Shown here: piece after piece, positions 1 through 5,153 of the stretch
How the letters are laid out: the number at the start of each line of letters is the position of its first letter
Position numbering within the stretch: position 1 is the first letter of the stretch
From: a virus
Taxonomy: Duplodnaviria; Heunggongvirae; Uroviricota; Caudoviricetes
Strand: one strand, 5' to 3'
DNA: 5,153 nt
IMG/VR virus record: IMGVR_UViG_2671181026_000008
Notes under the pieces: model-generated
Databases searched by the model: none
What the model was told of the DNA's origin: nothing
The model's input: the letters and a program-made list of their open reading frames with translations, nothing else
Translations under genes and position numbers: made by a program

Positions 1-49
1 TTAAAAAAAGAACAAATGGTAGTGTCCGCTATTGCCAGTACACCTCAGG
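1..49 (+). mobile_element. Right-terminal 49 bp of an IS3-family insertion sequence (window begins inside the element)
   Basis: Positions 1-49 are identical to 2700-2748, i.e. the last codon of the transposase ORF, its stop and the downstream terminal segment ending ...CACCTCAGG. Identity stops abruptly at 49/50 versus 2748/2749, as expected for an IS boundary. Confidence 0.6.
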
Positions 50-189
50 GTATAAGGGGTTATGGCCACCGGACTACCAAACGGCTGCCAGCCCTCTTTC
101 AGTTTATGTGTCAGCTTTTCCGCAAGATCTGACGGCGGCGCCGCCCTGACAACATCATAGTGTTTAAATGCCATGGTTCTTTCCACCAT
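1..189 (-). CDS. Small prophage protein, possibly DUF1737-like (family from memory, unverified); C-terminal ~16 residues and stop codon are encoded by the IS terminus
   Basis: 62-aa ORF from the track. The second in-frame ATG (172-174) has a GGTGGA/GGAAAG Shine-Dalgarno about 8 nt upstream, so the real start is probably there (MAFKHYDVV...). The last residues RCTGNSGHYHLFFF and the TAA stop lie in the 1-49 segment shared with the IS end. Confidence 0.45.
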   Translation of the reverse strand: MVERTMAFKHYDVVRAAPPSDLAEKLTHKLKEGWQPFGSPVAITPYTLRCTGNSGHYHLFFF

Positions 190-434
190 CTGAAAAATAA
201 TTCTTTAAAATACCTGACATGTAATACAGAAAAAACACAAAACCATACCTTAAATAAAAACCTGATTATCAAGCAGATATGCATGGATAAACTACAAGAC
301 GAGATATAAACCACCCTGCATTTAAATAAACAATAAACAACATCAGAAAAATAATTCTGCTCTATGGTTTACATTCAAAAATATCATTTATACTTTTCAG
401 AACATCACCAGCAAGGCATAAACAAGGAAACTAA

Positions 435-770
435 ATGAAGTGGATTGTGATTGATACAGTTATCCAGCCATCATGCGGAATATCTTTTTCAGTCATATGG
501 AGTAAAATAAAATTAATAATCTGGTATCAATCGGATGCTTTCTTACCTCCTGAAAGTATATTTACACTGACTCACACAGGCATCATGCTCAATAACAAAG
601 TGCTACCTGTAACCATTTACAACGTAGTACCATTCAATAAAACATTCTGGAATTCAATCAAAAATAGCCAGGAATGCCCTACAAATACAGATAACGTATT
701 GAATGAATGCTTTAATAACCGTTGCACTCTGCAAATATGTCCTTATGGACTAAAACAACAAAGTCCATAA
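435..770 (+). CDS. Hypothetical 111-aa protein encoded in an AT-rich segment; Cys-rich C-terminal part
   Basis: ORF from the track. AAGGAAA Shine-Dalgarno about 6 nt upstream of the ATG. No competing ORF on either strand across 190-800. AT-rich codon usage unlike the flanks. No recognisable family. Confidence 0.35.
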   Translation: MKWIVIDTVIQPSCGISFSVIWSKIKLIIWYQSDAFLPPESIFTLTHTGIMLNNKVLPVTIYNVVPFNKTFWNSIKNSQECPTNTDNVLNECFNNRCTLQICPYGLKQQSP

Positions 771-806
771 GGAGTTTACTCACATCTGACAAAATCAATA
801 TAAACA

Positions 807-1025
807 GCCCCTCCGGAGAGGGGCTGGAGAGTGGCGCTATGTGCCATTGCATGGTGCCGGGTGCCTCCCGGTGAATTCAGTACCAGCACCTGAATCCGCG
901 ATTATCCCATATACCTACTCGCTGATTGCCCCTCCGCACAGGGGGATTCACCATGCCAGTTTCTTTTAACAAACTCCCCGCAAACCAGACAACAGTCAAC
1001 CGCCTGAATTGTGAAGTATTTAAAA
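807..1025. repeat. Dispersed repeat C, copy 1 (~219 bp, near-identical to 2947-3158); starts with GC-rich hairpin GCCCCTC-CGGA-GAGGGGC at 807-824
   Basis: Direct comparison of the two segments shows only a few substitutions and one 1-nt indel. The hairpin and an internal SD-plus-ATG element are conserved in both copies. Confidence 0.8.
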
Positions 1026-1217
1026 ATTTCTCCCGCTAACTGATACCCGGCTAACAGTCTGGCGTTTTCTTTTTCAGCAACGGGAAAGCAACAACCACCA
1101 CACCCGCCACCAGCACACCGTCAGCCAGCACTGACATTATCCGGCTGCTGCAATGCCATTCACAAAAACAGTAAGCAATCACTTTTTACCGTAACAGGTG
1201 ATAATCCAGATATGTAT

Positions 1218-1571
1218 CTACCCCAGATGAGTAATCCGAAGTTCATCCATACCACAGGTCCTGGCTATTCTGTTGTACTCCTGAACAAGAGCAAATAATT
1301 CTGAATTAGCAACCATGAACTCATCGCAAACCCTCTGTATAGCATCACTATTCAGAATAATAACGTCTCTTCCCGAAAGACGATCAGGAGTACAGAACAA
1401 AACTGTCAAACGGCTGAAGGCCTTTGCTCGTGCTGCATTGACTATATCAATACGCTGCCTAAGGATGAAACACCCCGACGCCTCATCAATATTCACTCTA
1501 CCCACACCATATGAATGATAAATATTTAATGCTGAAAAAACCATTAGACCGTATAACAAACACTCAATCAA
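1218..1571 (-). CDS. Hypothetical protein (117 aa from a TTG start; 108 aa from the first ATG at 1544), unrecognised family, sitting downstream of the tRNA array on the minus strand
   Basis: ORF from the track with a protein-like composition and hydrophobic N-terminus. It lies in a 655-bp segment (about 1027-1681) present only in copy 1. Weak point: no convincing Shine-Dalgarno before either candidate start. Confidence 0.3.
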   Translation of the reverse strand: MIECLLYGLMVFSALNIYHSYGVGRVNIDEASGCFILRQRIDIVNAARAKAFSRLTVLFCTPDRLSGRDVIILNSDAIQRVCDEFMVANSELFALVQEYNRIARTCGMDELRITHLG

Positions 1572-1681
1572 TACTTAACAGAACTTTTATTTTTGACAAA
1601 CATAAAATATTTTCAACAATATCCTGAGCCAGGTATATTTCAGTATAAGGCTCTGCCGGAAGGAATCTGGAAGAATGAATA

Positions 1682-1758
1682 TGGCGCGCTGTACTGGATT
1701 CGAACCAGTGACCGATTGCTTAGAAGGCAATTGCTCTGTCCGGCTGAGCTAACAACGC
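1682..1758 (-). tRNA. tRNA-Arg (anticodon UCU), 77 nt
   Basis: Reverse complement folds as a canonical cloverleaf: acceptor GCGTTGT/ACAGCGC (one G-U pair), D-stem GCTC/GAGC, anticodon stem ATTGC/GCAAT, loop CTTCTAA, T-arm ACTGG-TTCGAAT-CCAGT, discriminator G, encoded CCA. Confidence 0.85.
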
Positions 1759-1771
1759 TGAATACCGATAA

Positions 1772-1851
1772 TGGACCGCCATCGGGGACCCGCCCCCGCA
1801 CCAACAACCCTGTTATCGTGTCGTCTGCTCTTCCTGATAAGCTAATGGCGG
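1772..1851 (-). pseudogene. Degenerate tRNA-like sequence: acceptor stem, D-arm and encoded CCA retained, but the anticodon-arm-to-T-loop core replaced by non-canonical sequence
   Basis: Flanks are identical to the tRNA-Arg(UCG) at 3281-3357 (CCGCCAT...ATGGCGG-T-CCA), but the internal ~43 bp differ completely. No anticodon stem-loop can be drawn, and the only T-arm-like hairpin (CGGGG-GCGGGT-CCCCG) has a 6-nt loop without the TTC motif. Confidence 0.5.
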
Positions 1852-1858
1852 TTTGTGA

Positions 1859-1934
1859 TGGTGGCCCTTGCTGGATTTGAACCAGCGACCTGGCGATTAT
1901 GAGTCGCTCGCTCTCACCACTGAGCTAAAGGGCC
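1859..1934 (-). tRNA. ileZ: tRNA with CAU anticodon, ileX/ileZ-like (tRNA-Ile2 read as lysidine-CAU; automated tools may call it Met), 76 nt
   Basis: Reverse complement GGCCCTT-TA-GCTC...CTCATAA...GCTGG-TTCAAAT-CCAGC-AAGGGCC-A-CCA folds canonically. It closely resembles E. coli ileX as I recall it. Identical to the copy at 3365-3440. Confidence 0.85.
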
Positions 1935-1971
1935 GGGAGCAGAATAATAACGGTCCGTAATTAATTCCGCA

Positions 1972-1995
1972 ATAAAAAACCCGCTCGGCGGCGGG
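1972..1995 (-). terminator. Rho-independent terminator (tR'-like) on the minus strand
   Basis: GC-rich hairpin CCCGC...GCGGG (plus 1980-1995) followed on the minus strand by a run of six T (plus A-run 1974-1979). Confidence 0.5.
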
Positions 1996-2039
1996 TTGTA
2001 GAAACTCTTCTAACGTCAGGCATAAAACGCCCATAGTTA

Positions 2040-2075
2040 TGACGAATTTACCACAGATTCCGGAAAAATCAACCT
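2040..2075 (-). promoter_or_regulatory. Sigma70-type promoter resembling a lambdoid late promoter (pR'-like), minus strand
   Basis: Minus-strand -35 TTGATT (complement of 2067-2072), 16-bp spacer, -10 TAAATT (complement of 2045-2050). The terminator above lies about 60 nt downstream, the promoter-short leader-terminator layout expected for a Q-antiterminated late operon. Confidence 0.3.
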
Positions 2076-2119
2076 AGTTACCTTTTTTAACTGCCGCTCA
2101 GCCCATGCTTCTTCAATAT

Positions 2120-2748
2120 CAAACCGAGTCACCAAAGCGACTACGAACTCGAACCACAATCTGCCAGTTGCGCCAAATCTGCTGAACCAGACGTTCGCTC
2201 CTACAGCACCAAATCAGGTCTGGGTGGCGGACCTGACGTATGTTGCCACACAGGAGGGATGGTTGTACCTCGCTGGCATCAAAGATGTTTATACGTGCGA
2301 AATTGTCGGCTACGCCATGGGAGAGCGCATGACAAAAGAGCTGACAGGTAAAGCCCTGTTTATGGCGCTCAGGAGCCAGCGCCCACCTGCCGGGCTAATC
2401 CACCACTCTGATCGAGGTTCACAGTACTGCGCATACGATTACCGGGTCATACAGGAGCAGTCTGGTCTGAAAACATCAATGTCGCGTAAAGGTAACTGTT
2501 ACGACAACGCTCCGATGGAAAGCTTCTGGGGAACGCTGAAAAATGAGAGCCTGAGCCACTATCGTTTTAATAACCGGGATGAAGCCATCTCAGTAATACG
2601 GGAATACATTGAGATTTTCTACAATCGTCAGCGTCGTCACTCTCGTCTGGGGAATATCTCCCCGGCAGCCTTCAGGGAAAAATATCATCAGATGGCTGCT
2701 TAAAAAAAGAACAAATGGTAGTGTCCGCTATTGCCAGTACACCTCAGG
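2120..2748 (+). mobile_element. IS3-family insertion sequence remnant, 5'-truncated (no OrfA, no left end), intact right terminus
   Basis: Contains the C-terminal part of a DDE transposase OrfB. The element ends ...CACCTCAGG at 2748; on the other strand the terminus reads TGAGGTGTACTGGCAATAGCGGACAC, similar to IS3-type inverted repeats as I recall them. The left boundary is approximate, because repeat F extends to at least 2111. Confidence 0.8.
2122..2703 (+). pseudogene. IS3-family transposase OrfB, C-terminal fragment (DDE integrase core)
   Basis: In-frame translation gives TTNSNHNLPVAPNLLNQTF...PNQVWVADLTYV...HSDRGSQY...NCYDNAPMESFW...RRHS, the hallmark IS3 OrfB motifs including the D, D, E catalytic residues. 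The N-terminal third and OrfA are absent. The track ORF 2224..2703 starts at an internal GTG. Confidence 0.8.
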
Positions 2749-2946
2749 ATAGCGGTCATGTGATGCCGGTTTCCCGGTAACTCAGCACCGGTATCTGAGT
2801 CAACGTTTTCTCTACTGGGTCATTTCCGATACGCCCTGCCTGCTGACAGGCTTTCATCACATCTGAAAATATAGCACCCTGACTGATACTGTAGTACCTA
2901 AGGTTCCAGAAACTGTGATGTATCCGGCACAGAAAAGCCCCTCCGG

Positions 2947-3158
2947 AGAGGGCTGGAGAGTGGCGCTATGTGCCATTGCATGATGCCGGGTGCCTCCCGG
3001 TGAATTCAGTACCAGCACCTGAATCCGCGATTATCCCATATACCTACTCGCTGATTGCCCCTCCGCACAGGGGGATTCACCATGCCAGTTTCTTTTAACA
3101 AACTCCCCGCAAAACAGACAACTGTCAACCGTCTGAATTGTGAGACATTTAAAAAAAA
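2947..3158. repeat. Dispersed repeat C, copy 2 (near-identical to 807-1025); hairpin at 2947-2963 preceded by AAAA on plus, so a possible weak minus-strand terminator
   Basis: Direct sequence comparison with 807-1025. In this copy the segment directly abuts the tRNA-Arg(UCU) at 3191. Confidence 0.8.
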
Positions 3159-3190
3159 GGCCCGCAAAAGCGAGCCAGGGAAAATAAGTG

Positions 3191-3267
3191 TGGCGCGTTG
3201 TACTGGATTCGAACCAGTGACCGATTGCTTAGAAGGCAATTGCTCTGTCCGGCTGAGCTAACAACGC
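3191..3267 (-). tRNA. tRNA-Arg (anticodon UCU), 77 nt
   Basis: Same cloverleaf as 1682-1758, with one substitution that turns the G-U acceptor pair into A-U. Anticodon loop CTTCTAA. Confidence 0.85.
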
Positions 3268-3280
3268 ATGATGCAGATAA

Positions 3281-3357
3281 TGGACCGCCATCGGGGACTT
3301 GAACCCCGCGCAGCCAGCTTCGAAGGCTGGCGCTCTTTCCTGATGAGCTAATGGCGG
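3281..3357 (-). tRNA. tRNA-Arg (anticodon UCG), 77 nt
   Basis: Reverse complement folds canonically: acceptor CCGCCAT/ATGGCGG, D-stem GCTC/GAGC, anticodon stem CCAGC/GCTGG, loop CTTCGAA, T-arm CGGGG-TTCAAGT-CCCCG, discriminator T, encoded CCA. Confidence 0.8.
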
Positions 3358-3364
3358 TATGTGA

Positions 3365-3440
3365 TGGTGGCCCTTGCTGGATTTGAACCAGCGACCTGGC
3401 GATTATGAGTCGCTCGCTCTCACCACTGAGCTAAAGGGCC
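3365..3440 (-). tRNA. ileZ: tRNA with CAU anticodon, ileX/ileZ-like (tRNA-Ile2), 76 nt
   Basis: Identical to 1859-1934. Anticodon loop CTCATAA, T-loop TTCAAAT, encoded CCA. Confidence 0.85.
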
Positions 3441-3480
3441 GGGAGCCGCATAATAACGACGCGTAATTAATTCTTCAATA

Positions 3481-4539
3481 TCATCCGTTCTGGCTGACTA
3501 AATCCTGTACTTCCCGAACCGTCTGCTCAAAACGTTCAGTCTCCAGCTCAACGCCAATTGCACGACGCCCGAGCGCCAGTGCCGCTTTCACTGTCGAACC
3601 CAACCCCATGAAAAAATCTGCAATCAGGTCACCCGGACGACTGCTAGCGCTGATTATCTGCTGCAGCATTTCTGCCGGTTTTTCGCACGGATGTTTCCCG
3701 GGATAGAACTGCACCGGTTTATGCGTCCACACATCGGTATACGGCACCTGCACCGTCACGCCAAAATACCGCCGCAGATGTTTATATTCACTCAGCAGCT
3801 CCGCATACTGCCGGTTCAGTGAGGTATACGTATCCACCAGCTGGTGGTGGAGCTTTTCCAGTTCACCACGCCGATGCTTCTCTTCTGCCACCCGGGCAAA
3901 CAGCGCCTGTAATTTCAGATAATCGCTTTCATTCGGCAACTGCCACTGACCGGCACTGAACCAGTGCGACACCATGTTTTTCTTTCCTGTGGCATCTGCA
4001 ATCTGTTTTGCCGTTATCCCCAGGGCAGCTCGCGCATCACGAAAGTAAGAAATCAGCGGGGCCATCACATGCTGTTTCAGTGCACTGCCCTTCGCCGCAT
4101 ACCCGGCATCTTTCGGACGATACGGCCCCTGATAATGTTCCGCGAACAGAATGCGCTCTGTGGCGGGGAAATACGCCCGCAGGCTTTCCTTGTTGCATCC
4201 GTTCCAGCGTCCGGACGGCTTCGCCCAGATAATATGGTTCAGCACACTGAAGCGTTCACGCATCATGATTTCGATATCAGATGCCAGGCGATGACCACAG
4301 AACAGGTAAAGACTTCCGGCAGGTTTCAGCACCCGCCAGAACTGCGCCAGACACTGGTCCAGCCACTTCAGGTAATCATCGTCGCCCTTCCACTGGTTAT
4401 CCCAGCCCTCAGGCTTCACTTTAAAGTACGGCGGGTCCGTGACTATCAGGTCAACAGAATTTTCGGGTAACGACCGGATAAATTCCAGGCAGTCGGCGTT
4501 GATTAACTCACAACTGGATATTTTTACAGTATTAAGCAT
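3481..4539 (-). CDS. DNA methyltransferase, beta-class amino-MTase (N6-adenine or N4-cytosine), no cognate restriction endonuclease in the window
   Basis: 352-aa ORF. Catalytic motif IV DPPY (LIVTDPPYF) lies near the N-terminus and the AdoMet motif I FxGxG (DFFMGLGST) near the C-terminus, the circularly permuted order that defines beta-class amino-MTases. ATG at 4537-4539 is immediately preceded by an in-frame TGA. Shine-Dalgarno is weak. Confidence 0.9.
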   Translation of the reverse strand: MLNTVKISSCELINADCLEFIRSLPENSVDLIVTDPPYFKVKPEGWDNQWKGDDDYLKWLDQCLAQFWRVLKPAGSLYLFCGHRLASDIEIMMRERFSVLNHIIWAKPSGRWNGCNKESLRAYFPATERILFAEHYQGPYRPKDAGYAAKGSALKQHVMAPLISYFRDARAALGITAKQIADATGKKNMVSHWFSAGQWQLPNESDYLKLQALFARVAEEKHRRGELEKLHHQLVDTYTSLNRQYAELLSEYKHLRRYFGVTVQVPYTDVWTHKPVQFYPGKHPCEKPAEMLQQIISASSRPGDLIADFFMGLGSTVKAALALGRRAIGVELETERFEQTVREVQDLVSQNG

Positions 4540-4675
4540 GGATCATTAAGCCTGTCTCTGATAGGCTCATTCTGCTTTTGCGCAAAGCAGTGGGCCTGAG
4601 GTTTGCTTGTGAACCCAACGCATGAGCAGATGGCTGGTGGGTGCCCCTAACACCCACCAGCCGCCCATTTACCAC

Positions 4676-4703
4676 AAATAAAAAAGCCTTCACTGCGGAA
4701 GGC
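4676..4703 (-). terminator. Rho-independent terminator on the minus strand, overlapping the stop codon of the 65-aa ORF
   Basis: Hairpin GCCTTC-ACTGCG-GAAGGC (plus 4686-4703) followed on the minus strand by TTTTTTATTT (plus 4676-4685). Confidence 0.5.
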
Positions 4704-4887
4704 GTCTGTAACAACCGAACTGATAGTCTGCCAGACCCGCCATAACCAGCTGGGTCAGTATTAACTGGCAGCGTTCGCGTGAAAGGTAAGTATTCTGCGC
4801 TATCTCCCCGACTGTCGCCGGTTCGGTAACGCTTAATTCATTAAACACCACTCTGGCGGTTTCTGTCATATCCTGCTGTTTTAGCAT
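4690..4887 (-). CDS. Small (65 aa) putative winged-helix/HTH DNA-binding protein, unassigned family
   Basis: ORF with a good Shine-Dalgarno (AAGGAAAAG, about 6 nt before the ATG at 4885-4887). The segment TVGEIAQNTYLSRERCQLILTQLVMAGL has the hydrophobic/polar pattern of a helix-turn-helix recognition region. Bracketed by intrinsic terminators on both sides. Confidence 0.45.
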   Translation of the reverse strand: MLKQQDMTETARVVFNELSVTEPATVGEIAQNTYLSRERCQLILTQLVMAGLADYQFGCYRRLPQ

Positions 4888-5005
4888 GTCTTTTCCTTTT
4901 CCGGTTAACGTGACACACCAATAACTCTTGTCGAAAAAGCCAGCAAGCTGAAAGACAGGTATTCACCGCCACCAGCGCGTTTACTGTACTGACGCGATTT
5001 CAGTC

Positions 5006-5029
5006 ATAAAAAACCCGCTCGGCGGCGGG
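5006..5029 (-). terminator. Rho-independent terminator (tR'-like), second copy
   Basis: Same hairpin CCCGC...GCGGG (plus 5014-5029) followed on the minus strand by six T (plus A-run 5008-5013). Part of repeat F2 (5008-5153), which matches 1974-2111. Confidence 0.5.
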
Positions 5030-5074
5030 TTGTAGAAACTCTTCTAACGTCAGGCATAAAACGCCCATCGTTAT

Positions 5075-5110
5075 GACGAATTTACCACAGATTCCGGAAA
5101 AATCAACCTT
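5075..5110 (-). promoter_or_regulatory. pR'-like sigma70 promoter, second copy
   Basis: Minus-strand -35 TTGATT (complement of 5101-5106), 16-bp spacer, -10 TAAATT (complement of 5079-5084). This copy has an 8-bp tandem duplication (TTGTTACC/TAGTTACC) just upstream of the -35. Confidence 0.3.
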
Positions 5111-5153
5111 GTTACCTAGTTACCTTTTTTAACTGCCGCTCAGCCCATGCTTC

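Noticed and set aside
111-314. 67-aa minus-strand ORF
   Set aside because: Overlaps the better-supported small gene at 1-189 in another frame and extends into AT-rich non-coding-looking sequence; no Shine-Dalgarno.
1315-1518. 67-aa plus-strand ORF
   Set aside because: Fully nested antisense to the longer 117-aa ORF; Arg/Ser-rich composition typical of antisense translation; no ribosome-binding site.
1027-1681. Shiga toxin genes downstream of the tRNA array
   Set aside because: The architecture resembles the Stx-phage Q-tRNA-stx region, but no ORF here has the size, signal peptide or sequence of StxA or StxB.
1593-1880. 95-aa plus-strand ORF
   Set aside because: Runs antisense through all three tRNA genes of copy 1, so the open frame is a by-product of tRNA sequence. 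A TTGACA hexamer at 1593-1598 was noted, but no good -10 follows at proper spacing.
3006-3261. 77-aa minus-strand and 68-aa plus-strand ORFs spanning repeat C2 and the tRNA-Arg(UCU)
   Set aside because: Both depend on reading into or out of the tRNA gene at 3191-3267. Only the short conserved start at 3082 is retained, as a finding.
807-3440. Possible CRISPR array suggested by the repeated blocks
   Set aside because: The repeats are long (140-250 bp) dispersed duplications containing tRNAs and promoter elements, not short regularly spaced direct repeats with unique spacers.
3964-4470. 168-aa plus-strand ORF (and the nested 74-aa ORF at 4008-4232)
   Set aside because: Both lie entirely antisense within the methyltransferase gene, which has clear catalytic motifs. 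They are shadow ORFs of a GC-balanced coding region and have no ribosome-binding site.
4532-4714. 60-aa minus-strand ORF
   Set aside because: Overlaps the stop of the 65-aa ORF, the intrinsic terminator and the 10-bp palindrome; no ribosome-binding site; composition dominated by the structured leader.
4960-5005. LexA/SOS-box-like CTGT...CAG motifs near CGCGTTTACTGTACTGACGCG
   Set aside because: Spacing and half-sites do not match the CTGT-N8-ACAG consensus; more likely just a short hairpin.

Overview
This window reads as a rearranged late-regulatory region of a lambdoid, Stx-phage-like prophage from an Escherichia/Shigella-type genome (inference from architecture and tRNA/IS content; no database search was possible). 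Almost everything recognisable is on the minus strand. A module of [pR'-like promoter + intrinsic terminator -> tRNA array (Ile2-CAU, Arg, Arg-UCU) -> ~215-bp conserved hairpin-containing segment] is present twice (about 1682-2111 with 807-1025, and 2947-3440 with 5006-5153). The two copies are separated and flanked by remnants of an IS3-family insertion sequence (last 49 bp at 1-49; 5'-truncated transposase OrfB fragment at about 2120-2748). Copy 2 carries a beta-class DPPY DNA methyltransferase (3481-4539) and a 65-aa putative winged-helix protein (4690-4887) between the terminator and the tRNAs. Copy 1 lacks that insert and instead has a 655-bp insert with an unrecognised 117-aa ORF in the slot where Stx phages carry toxin genes; its middle tRNA has a replaced, non-canonical core. 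An AT-rich segment (190-800) holds a 111-aa Cys-rich ORF, and a small prophage gene (1-189) has its 3' end supplied by the IS terminus. No stx genes, CRISPR array or rRNA are visible. All products except the methyltransferase, tRNAs and IS transposase are unassigned.
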